IMG/VR virus record: IMGVR_UViG_2225789004_000001
Span: 1-39,414 of that record
DNA: 39,414 bases
Strand: one strand, 5' to 3'
DNA from: a virus
Shown: positions 24,889 to 34,523 of the stretch, piece by piece
Numbering within the stretch: the first letter of the stretch is position 1
Layout of the letters: the number at the start of each line of letters is the position of its first letter
Notes under the pieces: model-generated
Databases searched by the model: none
What the model saw: the letters and a program-made list of their open reading frames with translations, nothing else
What the model was told of the DNA's origin: nothing
Made by a program: the position numbers and the translations under genes

Positions 24889-25272
24889 ATGGTATTTGAA
24901 TTTCAAAAACCCGACCAACATCCGATAAATATCAAAATCGGCGACAAGGAATACACTTATTACGTTGATGAATACACAATAAATCACGGAATTTATGCAA
25001 AAGCAAAAATGTTAGAAACCGATGCGTTAAATTCAAACACACCGGAAGAAATCGCCGTGACATATCCGGCACGAATTAAAGAACTTTGTGTTGATGTGTT
25101 TGGCGAAGAAGTTTATAACGCATTATCTGAATTTGCCGAAAAAAATCCTTATCGCCTTTCAAAGATGGTTATTCAGTATCTTAACACTGATTTCAAGGAA
25201 CAATATCAACAAATCATCCAAGTGGCATACGCTTCCAAAGTATCTTCTCTGAAACCGAATAAAAAGCGATGA
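24889..25272 (+). CDS. Tail assembly chaperone-like protein
   Basis: Lies between the major tail and tape measure genes. GGAGTGATACAAA SD. Confidence 0.45.
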   Translation: MVFEFQKPDQHPINIKIGDKEYTYYVDEYTINHGIYAKAKMLETDALNSNTPEEIAVTYPARIKELCVDVFGEEVYNALSEFAEKNPYRLSKMVIQYLNTDFKEQYQQIIQVAYASKVSSLKPNKKR

Positions 25273-25280
25273 GGTAAAGA

Positions 25281-25922
25281 ATGGATTTATTAAAATCGGA
25301 TTTACATCCGATTTTTACTTATAAGAAATGGGATTTCACATTAAATCTTTCTTTGGAACGTGTTCTTAATGCCATTTCTGCACTTGATGAAGAAGCGGAC
25401 ATAAAACAACTCGACCGCTTCTATCTCGTTTTGGATAATTTACTTGATGTCAATTCTAATGATTTTGATACTTTTGAGTATCTTGAAGAAATGACTTGTT
25501 TTGAACAATAGGAAGTTTTCACCATATTGCTGAAAACCTTCGTATTTCCGCCGGAATCTGCGATAAAACGCTCAACTCCATCTTTCGATATTAACTATGA
25601 TTTTGAACTCGTTTATACAGCGATTTTGAAGGCTTTTAATATTGACATTATCGACCAAAAAGAAGTGCTTTCTTGGAACAAATTCAGAGCCTTATTAAAA
25701 GATGTGAATGAAGATTCGATGTTAAATCGTGTTATTGAAATTCGAGAAATGCCTTTACCGCCTGCTACCAAGAAAAATATGGAACGGCGTGCTGAAATCA
25801 GGCGTGCGAAAAAGAAATATGACCTTCCGCACCTGAAAAAAGCAAGAAAGGAAAAAGAACGAGAGACATTGAGAAAGATGGCGGAAATGCAAAAGAAGGC
25901 GGAAGAAAATGGCAACACCTGA
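25281..25922 (+). CDS. Tail assembly chaperone-like protein, with one in-frame TAG at 25509..25511
   Basis: ORFs 25281..25511 and 25527..25922 are in the same frame (246 nt apart). Codons 25512..25526 are open. The basic C-terminal tail overlaps the tape measure start. Confidence 0.5.
25509..25511 (+). other. In-frame TAG in the chaperone gene
   Basis: ...EEMTCFEQ-TAG-EVFTILLKTFVFPPES... Confidence 0.65.
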
Positions 25923-28260
25923 TGGTTTTATTCATGTCGAAGCGGATGTTAATTTCAAAAATGCCGAAAAATCTGTAAAAGATTTCGGCAATCAAATGGA
26001 AAAAGACATTTCCGCAAACATGGGTTTTTTGGATAATAAGTTTAACGCATTAGCCGAAGGTATTGATGAAGATTTCGAAAAAATCAGTAAATCCAGTAAG
26101 AAAAACTTCAAAGATGTTGAAACGGAAGGCGGTAATTCAAGTGCCATGATTGCCGGTGCATTTGCCGGCGTTGCAATGTCTATTGCTAATTCTTTTATAG
26201 AAATGGCGAAATCCGCACTCGCTTCGCTGAAACAATTGGTTGCCGATTCGATTTCTTTGGTAATTGAATTTGACGATGCGATGCGTGGTGTTCAAGCTAC
26301 TCTTGGTATTCATGGTGAGGAAGCCGCTGAAACATTGAAACAAATTGAAGATGCCGCAAGAGAAATGGGTGCGACAACGCAATACACCGCAATGGATGGT
26401 GCAAATGCGTTACAGTATATGGCACAAGCAGGTCTTGGACTTCAAGATTCTTTGGAACTTGCCCCTGTTTCCCTTCAATTTGCTTCTGCCGGAAATATGG
26501 AAATTGCCGAATCCGCACTTTACGCTACTCAAATGATGAAAGCGATGGATTTGGAACTTGAAGAACTTCCGGCAACTTTGGATATGATTGCGAAATCTTC
26601 GCAGATTTCATCCACTTCAATTTCTCAAATGAGCGATGCCATTTTGACAGTTGGTGCGACAGCACCTGCCGCAAAGCAAGATATGCAAGATGTTATCGCC
26701 GTGATGGCAGTCTTTTCAAACAACGCTATCACTGCTTCCGAAGCCGGAACATCATATCGTAATATGTTGCGTTTGATGACTTCGCCCGGAAATCAGGCAC
26801 AAGAAGCATTAGATAAACTTGGTGTTTCAGCATACGATTCTTCTGGAAATATTCGACAGATGACGGATGTTTTCAAAGATATGCGAAAAGCACTCGATGA
26901 AAGCGGTTATACCGACCAAGAGAGAGCAAATTTCATTGAGGAAGTTTTCGGCACTTATAATTCAAGAGCCGCAAACGCTTTATTGAAAGATATTGGCGAT
27001 GTTGATGAAATTATGGCAGAACTTACTGAATCCGGCGGCACGATGGAAATCATGGCTGAAATTCGGGAAGGCGGCACTGGCGGTATGAAACGTGAGTTAG
27101 AGTCCATGACCGAAGAAATCATGCTCACTCTTGGAAGAAATTTAGAACCAATTTTGCAAATTATTATCCCGATGGTGAATGATTTACTTTCAAAGCTTCA
27201 ACCAATCATCGAAGAATTATTTGGATTAATTACCGAAGAGAATCTTGCCGCAGTCGGTGAAGTTTTGCAATGGGTTTCTGATTTGACAATTATTTTCGCA
27301 GAACATTTATTGAGAATTGGAAAAATTGTTATTCCACTTATGGCAGAAGCCTTTACTACACTTGTTAAATGGCTCACTCCAACTGTGAATATGTTGAAAG
27401 TTGCATTACCGCTTATTTCACGAGCGTTTCTCTTTCCATTGCAACAACTCGCAAACATGATAAAACCGATTTATGCCGCTCTTCGAGATTTATTCGATTA
27501 CCTTCAACCAGTTTTTGAATGGGTTGGATACCACATCGGTCAATTTATTCAAATGTGCGAGGACATCCTCGAAATGTATTACAAACTTTCCAAGAAAGGT
27601 AAAGAGGAATTTGATAAAATTGATGAGGAAATTATCGAAGTCACCGAAGAAGTTAAAAATCTCGATGATGCTTTGACTGATTTAGACGGTAAAGAAATCA
27701 ATATGACCGCAACTCTTCATCAGACAACAAGTGGCGGTTATACCAGTGGTTCTTCCGGTGGCGGTGGCGGCGGTGGAAGCAGTGGTGGTTCGTCTCAATA
27801 CGCAAGCACTGTTTATGCGGTAAAAGGTATCAGTTACGGCAATGACGGAAGTGGCAATGTCGGATATTATAATTCAAAAACAGGTGCTTCCGTTTCCGAA
27901 GCAGAAGTAAAACAAAAATTCAATGCAAACCAATCCGACCCGAAATACAAAGTGTATCACTCCGGCGGAATTGTTGATGGTGTTGGCGATGTTCCTGCTC
28001 TCTTGGAAGCAGGTGAAATGGTTTTGACGAAAGGGATGCAATCCAAACTTTTCGGCATGATTAACAACGCAAGTTATTCAAATGGTGGCGACAGCGGAAT
28101 GGGATTGACTGATATTGTTAATGCTCTTACCGAAGCAATAAAAAACACACCTTTAAATATCAACAACCAAGTAAATGCTGTATTCAATAAAAGAACTCTT
28201 GCCAAAGAATTGATTCCTGAATTTGAAACCGAATTAAAGAGATTAGGACAAGGATTATGA
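25909..28260 (+). CDS. Tape measure protein
   Basis: 783 aa, helical. AMRGVQATLGI...TTQYTAMDGANALQYMAQAGL core. Gly/Ser run near the C-terminus. Confidence 0.85.
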   Translation: MATPDGFIHVEADVNFKNAEKSVKDFGNQMEKDISANMGFLDNKFNALAEGIDEDFEKISKSSKKNFKDVETEGGNSSAMIAGAFAGVAMSIANSFIEMAKSALASLKQLVADSISLVIEFDDAMRGVQATLGIHGEEAAETLKQIEDAAREMGATTQYTAMDGANALQYMAQAGLGLQDSLELAPVSLQFASAGNMEIAESALYATQMMKAMDLELEELPATLDMIAKSSQISSTSISQMSDAILTVGATAPAAKQDMQDVIAVMAVFSNNAITASEAGTSYRNMLRLMTSPGNQAQEALDKLGVSAYDSSGNIRQMTDVFKDMRKALDESGYTDQERANFIEEVFGTYNSRAANALLKDIGDVDEIMAELTESGGTMEIMAEIREGGTGGMKRELESMTEEIMLTLGRNLEPILQIIIPMVNDLLSKLQPIIEELFGLITEENLAAVGEVLQWVSDLTIIFAEHLLRIGKIVIPLMAEAFTTLVKWLTPTVNMLKVALPLISRAFLFPLQQLANMIKPIYAALRDLFDYLQPVFEWVGYHIGQFIQMCEDILEMYYKLSKKGKEEFDKIDEEIIEVTEEVKNLDDALTDLDGKEINMTATLHQTTSGGYTSGSSGGGGGGGSSGGSSQYASTVYAVKGISYGNDGSGNVGYYNSKTGASVSEAEVKQKFNANQSDPKYKVYHSGGIVDGVGDVPALLEAGEMVLTKGMQSKLFGMINNASYSNGGDSGMGLTDIVNALTEAIKNTPLNINNQVNAVFNKRTLAKELIPEFETELKRLGQGL

Positions 28261-28646
28261 CCGAAGTTGTAACTTTCATAGATATTTCGAAACCGGATTT
28301 GACGATAAATAAAATTTATCAATTTTCATCAACTCCGTTTCGGAATATTCAACAAAATACGTCACCGAATGGTCGTTTGTTCGCCCAGAAATCATATATG
28401 AAGAATATGATTTCTGTTAAATTCGGTTGGTTGGAAGCAGATGAGAAAAAAGCAATTTTAGATAGAATTGTTGATAAAGAATTTAAATTACGATTCTTCA
28501 ATGAAGAAAGCCAACAGCACGAAGAAGGAACTTTCATGTTATTGAATGGAAGATATGATTCCGGCACGATGAAAGATGTTTCCTATGGTGTTGTTTGGAT
28601 TGATTTTGGATTTTCCGCAGTCGAAACAACAGGTCGAGTTATATGA
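28257..28646 (+). CDS. Tail protein (distal tail region)
   Basis: ORF track. Overlapping start and stop with neighbours. Confidence 0.5.
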   Translation: MTEVVTFIDISKPDLTINKIYQFSSTPFRNIQQNTSPNGRLFAQKSYMKNMISVKFGWLEADEKKAILDRIVDKEFKLRFFNEESQQHEEGTFMLLNGRYDSGTMKDVSYGVVWIDFGFSAVETTGRVI

Positions 28647-30445
28647 TACCGCAATCATCGCAATATTATGTCAATGTTGATAAACCGATAAGAGAACCGT
28701 TCCACCCGACAGTTTTACTTTCATCTTCTGACCCGACATTGATTGCAAAAACACAGTTCGATTCTTCATCATCAGAACTTGTTTTTTCAAAACGTAACCA
28801 ACTTTTTAACCAAATTGTTAATCCTTCTTGGGGATTGCAAACTTTCGAACCAAATAGAACCATTGCAGATGGCAGTTTTGTCGTTTTTGATGATAATACC
28901 GCAGGTGAATTTGGATGGTGGTCGGAAGCAAGATGTGATGAGAATGGAGTTTTTGAAACACCGCAAATTATCAAACTAAACTACACGGAAAATTTAAATT
29001 TCATTGAGTTCAGTATCTTTTTCGATTCTTTTGGTAAAGAATGGTCTGATGATTTTGAAATTTTCTTTTATTCCCAATCCGGTGCAGTTATTCAAAGTTA
29101 TCATATTACCGATTGTGATTCTCCGATTTATCTGATTGAAAATGAATTAAATTTCGTCAGAAGTATGGAAATCAGAATCAATAAATGGTCTGTCGGACAC
29201 CGATTCGCAAAGATTTCAGAATTACTTTCAGGATTCGTTATTTCTTTCACCGATGACGAAATATTTGGAATTTCATTCACTGAAAATTTATCGCTTTTCC
29301 AAGAAGAAATCATCTCGTCAGAATTGTTAATTACAGTTGAAAATTTCAACCAACAGTTCAACATTAATAATCCGCAAGGTGTAGCGAAAAAATTGAATTT
29401 GAGACAAGTTTTCACTGCCGCAATTTCTTTGGAACATGAGTCTATTCCTCTTGGTCTAATGTATCTCATGGAACAACAAAATAACGACCGCAACTTCATT
29501 ACGTTTGTTTGTCGTTCGGTTTTTGATTTTAGCGAAGATGAATATATTCCAGAATCGTGGGAAACTTGTTCTGCATATTCATTATTTGAAAAATTATTCC
29601 AAAAAATTGGAATAAATGAATACGATATTCCTGAAAGTTTGAAAAATATTCAAGTAAATCAGTATGTCGAAAAAATGTCAATCAGACAAGCAATTCAACA
29701 ACTCGCAAATTCTGTTCGTTGTGTTGTTTATGTAAACAGAACCGGAAGTGTAACTGTCGATACCATCAATTCGTTATTTTCGCATACCGGACAATCTATC
29801 ACTTTAAATCAGAACACAACCGAAGAACCACCGAGAGTTGAAAAGTTAAAAACTAATGATTCAGCAACGGTGAATATTTATCAATATTCCAAAGATGATG
29901 AAATTGGAAATACGGAACTTGTAAAGGATTTTAAAGTTTTGGTTGATTCACCAACCCCAGTTTCGTATATTATTTCATACAAAACTATCGCTGATTCTGT
30001 AACCGCAGAAGTTACTGGCGCATCTGTTAGCGGCAATATTCTCTATTATGCAGATAGATGTGAAATTATGCTTTTCGGTCAAGGTGAAGCAGTTGTAAAT
30101 ATTTCAGGCACTCCTGTTTTACAAAAAATCGGAAAAGTTAATATAAAATCAGATTTATTTTATTTGAATCCGATTAAAGAGGATTATCTGATTGAAAATC
30201 AATTTATCGCATCCACTTCGGAAGGACGAATACTCGCAAGTGCATTTGTTGAATTTTCACAATTTAGATTGCGACATGAAGTTTACGAACGTGGCAGACC
30301 GGATTTGGAAGTTGGAGATATGATTAATGTCGAAAATGAGTTTGGACTTTTAACCAATGGAATCATTTTTGAACAAAATATCGAATTTAACCAGAATGGA
30401 TTTTTAGAAGGAAAAATGATTATCAAAGCAAAAGGTGAAAATTAA
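28643..30445 (+). CDS. Baseplate or tail-tip structural protein
   Basis: 600 aa, positioned after the tape measure gene. Confidence 0.55.
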   Translation: MIPQSSQYYVNVDKPIREPFHPTVLLSSSDPTLIAKTQFDSSSSELVFSKRNQLFNQIVNPSWGLQTFEPNRTIADGSFVVFDDNTAGEFGWWSEARCDENGVFETPQIIKLNYTENLNFIEFSIFFDSFGKEWSDDFEIFFYSQSGAVIQSYHITDCDSPIYLIENELNFVRSMEIRINKWSVGHRFAKISELLSGFVISFTDDEIFGISFTENLSLFQEEIISSELLITVENFNQQFNINNPQGVAKKLNLRQVFTAAISLEHESIPLGLMYLMEQQNNDRNFITFVCRSVFDFSEDEYIPESWETCSAYSLFEKLFQKIGINEYDIPESLKNIQVNQYVEKMSIRQAIQQLANSVRCVVYVNRTGSVTVDTINSLFSHTGQSITLNQNTTEEPPRVEKLKTNDSATVNIYQYSKDDEIGNTELVKDFKVLVDSPTPVSYIISYKTIADSVTAEVTGASVSGNILYYADRCEIMLFGQGEAVVNISGTPVLQKIGKVNIKSDLFYLNPIKEDYLIENQFIASTSEGRILASAFVEFSQFRLRHEVYERGRPDLEVGDMINVENEFGLLTNGIIFEQNIEFNQNGFLEGKMIIKAKGEN

Positions 30446-31875
30446 TGCAACCTTCAAGTGATATTATTTATATAACTTTTAACGAAGAGAAAATAGGATA
30501 CAATGGAACAGTCTATCCTATTTTAAAATCTTCTTTATCTACAATAACACCCTTTTTGGAATTTTCAGATAAAGATAAAAATCCATTGAAATTTTATTTA
30601 GATTCTCAATCGGAAACAACTTGGTTTTATATTATTCGATTTGATGCTAAAATAGGAATAAATAAAATTTATATTCACCCATCCAATATCAATAATAGTA
30701 GCATTGATGTTTTTGATGATTATTACGATTTAAGTAAAGGATTAGATGGAAGATTACAAGTATCAGACCCTTCAACAGGTGGTAATGAAGCGGCTTATCT
30801 TGCTTTGGTTTGGCGAAACAGTTTAACAGGAAGCACAATAGCTAACAGAGTAATCCAAGAAGTAGATGGATTACGATATGTAGGTAACTTCTCTCATTTT
30901 ATCAGACCTATATCATCTGTTAAAAACAAAGATTCTTTCGGTGATACATGGGAAGCAAAGGTTGAACATAATAACATTTATTCGAGATGTATATTTGGTT
31001 TTTCTATGCCAAGCCTTAATACAAATTCATATTCAGAAGGTATTAAAAAAGGAAATAACAATAGTTTATCAACAGGGAATAATATTTATTATAACGAATC
31101 AAATTCATCATCATTTAAAACAGATACTGATGCTGAACATGTAAAAACTGATATTTTTGGATTCAATACATTTGAAAATGGCGGTAACAGTTATTTTATT
31201 TCAGAAGATTATTCGAGTAAAATCGAAAGTGGATTTAAGCAAAGAAATCCGAATAGTGGATTACAAACTAACATTAGACATGAATTGAAAATTTGGTCTT
31301 ACGGCGTTAATTTGTCAGATAATTATAAATTATCAACCAAATGGTTTTGGATTCGAAAAAGAACAAATCCGATTCCGAATACCTTTATAATCACTATAAA
31401 TGACGATTAGGAATTTATACCAATTCCTCAATATGCATGGTTTTCTACATCTCCTATTAATGATTTTGATTTTAATAGAATTTCAAATAATATCGCAGTG
31501 TGTTGGACGATTCTTAATAAGATGGGTTATGTGAATCAATTTAGAGAAATGAGATGTGATTTCGATTTTTTTGAACATTTAGACGACCATATTCGTTTAT
31601 CCAAAGAATGGAAGAACATGAGAGAGAATTTGTGGGATTTGTATAAAGTATTTCCTTTGGTACAAATGTTTCCGGAAGCACCGATTTATGTTCAGTTTGT
31701 TGAACCGTCACCAAGAAATCCGGTGGAAGCATTAACGGCAAGTTTATTAAATTCAATGGAAATTAACTTGGCAAACTTATATTACTATTTAACGATATTA
31801 GAATTTGAAAGATTACCGATATTAATGACTGAAAACAGAATGAGACAAAGAATAGTGAGGAAACCGAATGACTGA
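30445..31875 (+). CDS. Tail fibre or receptor-binding protein, with one in-frame TAG at 31408..31410
   Basis: ORFs 30445..31410 and 31498..31875 are in the same frame (1053 nt apart). All 29 codons between them are open, and there is no SD-like motif before the downstream fragment. Confidence 0.5.
31408..31410 (+). other. In-frame TAG in the fibre gene
   Basis: ...IITINDD-TAG-EFIPIPQYAWFSTSPINDFDFNRISNNIAVCWTIL... Confidence 0.6.
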
Positions 31876-33895
31876 TGAATATAACGCACCGTTCCAAGAC
31901 GAAATCACTCAAATATTGACCGCACCGAATCCGGAAAGTGGAAAACCGCCGATTTCGGTGATTTCCTACAATTTGAGAAAACGGATAGATGGTTCGATTG
32001 TCCAATCAGATGTTTTCTTGGAAATGATAAATGAAATCGTCCAAGAAGGTTCATGGAATAACGCCGCCGTGATGAACAATTTTGTCGCAAGAGATAATGC
32101 AATGGCAAAAAATCTCGCAAATGTGATGCTTATTGTCAATACATTACGAAGAGTCCAATCTTCCGGCACGGATAATCTTGAAATCATGGGTATTAATGAT
32201 GATACTGAATTATTCATGAGAAATAACCATTCCGATTTCGGTATCTTGGCAGAAAATTCTATCGCCGGAATGAATCAAATTAAAATTTTAAATGCGAGCG
32301 GATATAGATTTGAAGAAATGTTACCCGTTGCTTTAAATATATCCCCACCTGCATTTAAAATTCCTTTTGCATTAAATCCTTCTTTTATAACATCCGATTC
32401 AGTTCTTTTAGATAACGGTCAAATTGTATATATGTATAGTGCAGGTGGAACTGCTCATGGAACTTCATATAACACTTGGCAATTTGTTTTGTTCGACCCA
32501 TTATTAAATACCACATTCTTAATATTTAATGGTTCAGTAGGAATGGGTGATACTCAAAATCTTATAAAAATAAAAGAACGAAATATGTTTGGATTTCGTG
32601 CTGACGGAGAAGGGAAAATCAGTATAAGAGATTGTAATTCAAACACATCTATATCTTCAAATGCGGCAGCAGCTCGATATACAAGTTGTATATTTTATTC
32701 AAAAATTGATAATACAATATATGGTTTACAAAGTGTAACTGCCCCAAATACCATTTTACTTGCTACCCCCAGTGTTTTGCCCGCAACGCTGACACCTGCC
32801 GCAATCTCATTAAGTCGCACAGTTAGAACTTTATCAACAGGTAATATCGGAAAACCATTAGCGTTTTGTTATGTTTCAGAAACAGAACGATATTGTATTG
32901 GTTTTAGTTCAAATGGGGGTTTATATGAATTAAATAATAATTATCAAGAATTACTTTTACATCCAAGTGTTTTACCCACACCTTTCGGATATGTAAACAG
33001 TATGATTCGATTAGATGATTCTTATTTAGCTGTTATTTTCACAACATATCGTCCAAATAACTCTTCTTGGGATTCTAAATTAATTAAATTTAATAGAAAT
33101 GGAATTCGAATTGATTTAGCTTCGTATGAGGAAATAATTTTACCATTTTTAAATGGTAGAAAAGTTTTAAATGTTTGGAATTATGAAAATATTGCTTATA
33201 TTTCAGGAACGGATGGATTATTGGCTTATTCATTAAATGGTGATTTATGGACTGAAATAATAATGAATAACCCAAATTTTAACGATGCAATGTTATCTGT
33301 TGGAATTACAGTTGGAAACTCAATTTATAACATCTGTCGATATAATAATGATACAATTCCGGCGATTGCTAATTATGAATCATTTAACCCAGATAATTTC
33401 AAAAATAAAAAATATGTTTTGAATACCGAATCTGTTTTAATTGATTCAGTAAATCTTCTTGGAAGTGACATTGTTCTTGGATTAGATTCACCATTAATTC
33501 AGAATCACAACTCCGGCGAATTATTGCGAAGAACAAACAATTCAACAATTCCGCCAAACTCAACAGTGAATGTGACGGTAGAGTTCGATAATTTGTTCTC
33601 ACATAACGCAGTTGTTCTCTTCCCCCAGTTTACCAATCTTCAAAATGTCTCAATCAATGCACAGGTTTCCAAGAGAAATACGACAGATGAGTTAGAAAAT
33701 TTTGAAAACATTCCTCTGGTGCATGAAGTGGAACTTAATGCGGATTGGCGTGAGCAGACATATTTCTTAAAATACCCAACTGATGGCACAATCTTCGCCG
33801 CAAGTTTTACGATAACGAACAACAATCCTTTCGCAATTGAATTATGGCAACTGACCGCAATTCTTTTCGATGAGGTTTACGAAATGGGTGCATAA
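31868..33895 (+). CDS. Large tail fibre or host-recognition protein
   Basis: 675 aa, last large gene of the structural arm. Confidence 0.55.
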   Translation: MTDEYNAPFQDEITQILTAPNPESGKPPISVISYNLRKRIDGSIVQSDVFLEMINEIVQEGSWNNAAVMNNFVARDNAMAKNLANVMLIVNTLRRVQSSGTDNLEIMGINDDTELFMRNNHSDFGILAENSIAGMNQIKILNASGYRFEEMLPVALNISPPAFKIPFALNPSFITSDSVLLDNGQIVYMYSAGGTAHGTSYNTWQFVLFDPLLNTTFLIFNGSVGMGDTQNLIKIKERNMFGFRADGEGKISIRDCNSNTSISSNAAAARYTSCIFYSKIDNTIYGLQSVTAPNTILLATPSVLPATLTPAAISLSRTVRTLSTGNIGKPLAFCYVSETERYCIGFSSNGGLYELNNNYQELLLHPSVLPTPFGYVNSMIRLDDSYLAVIFTTYRPNNSSWDSKLIKFNRNGIRIDLASYEEIILPFLNGRKVLNVWNYENIAYISGTDGLLAYSLNGDLWTEIIMNNPNFNDAMLSVGITVGNSIYNICRYNNDTIPAIANYESFNPDNFKNKKYVLNTESVLIDSVNLLGSDIVLGLDSPLIQNHNSGELLRRTNNSTIPPNSTVNVTVEFDNLFSHNAVVLFPQFTNLQNVSINAQVSKRNTTDELENFENIPLVHEVELNADWREQTYFLKYPTDGTIFAASFTITNNNPFAIELWQLTAILFDEVYEMGA

Positions 33896-33896
33896 T

Positions 33897-34163
33897 ATGG
33901 ATTTTAAAGGAAAACCGAAAAGAAATTCAAAACCATCAGAGTTCCAAAGGAAAGGTATCGGTGATTTTGTTGAAAAAGATGAAATTTTCCAATACAAAAA
34001 TGATGGAAAATTTTACAAAGCAATCGACAAATTTATTTTGAGTGAGATTTATAATCCGATTTCATCAAAAGGTTTTTTTCAACTTTACAAAAAACCACAA
34101 CATGAAGTTGCCGGAATTGAACCGCATTACCGATTGTTGGACTATCTGTTAAATTTGCCATGA
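33897..34163 (+). CDS. Hypothetical protein
   Basis: Track ORF 33870..34163. ATG 33897 comes directly after the upstream TAA. Confidence 0.45.
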   Translation: MDFKGKPKRNSKPSEFQRKGIGDFVEKDEIFQYKNDGKFYKAIDKFILSEIYNPISSKGFFQLYKKPQHEVAGIEPHYRLLDYLLNLP

Positions 34164-34200
34164 TGGATATTTTTAAATACATATCCATCCTTTTCTTTCT
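34162..34200 (+). terminator. Intrinsic terminator ending the rightward arm
   Basis: gatggatat (34162..34170) and atatccatc (34181..34189), then a T-rich run. Confidence 0.65.
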
Positions 34201-34246
34201 TGGAAACTCCGTTTCTACTCTTTTTGTAATCACTCCAAAATGATTT

Positions 34247-34287
34247 AAAAAAGAACCCTCACCGGCGGTTATCCAGATGCCGCCGGT
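34247..34287 (-). terminator. Intrinsic terminator ending the leftward arm
   Basis: GC-rich stem accggcgg (34261..34268) and ccgccggt (34280..34287). On the minus strand it is followed by GAGGGTTCTTTTTT. Confidence 0.65.
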
Positions 34288-34292
34288 AACAC

Positions 34293-34523
34293 TTATCTCT
34301 TTTTCATTAATTCGTCTATCTGATACTGTAAATACTAACATTCATCGCCTAAATCGTTATAGCGATAAACCAATTTATTGTAGGCATCTGTATTCGGAAT
34401 TTGACAAATCAGGAAAACATTCTGAACTTTCATAAATTCCTTTGTGACTTTTTCTAATTTCGTTTTCAATTTTGAAATCTTTCGTTTATGGAAATACTTT
34501 TCAATAAAATTCATTTTAATCAC
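34293..34523 (-). CDS. Small protein, with one in-frame TAG at 34335..34337
   Basis: Track ORF 34335..34523 ends in TAG. The same frame continues YLQYQIDELMKKR to TAA at 34293..34295, 5 nt before the terminator stem. Confidence 0.5.
34335..34337 (-). other. In-frame TAG
   Basis: ...YNDLGDEC-TAG-YLQYQIDELMKKR-TAA. Confidence 0.5.

Noticed and set aside
27748-27798. GGT/GGC-rich tandem-looking stretch
   Set aside because: It encodes the Gly/Ser linker (SSGGGGGGGSSGGSS) of the tape measure protein. It is not a CRISPR or other non-coding repeat.
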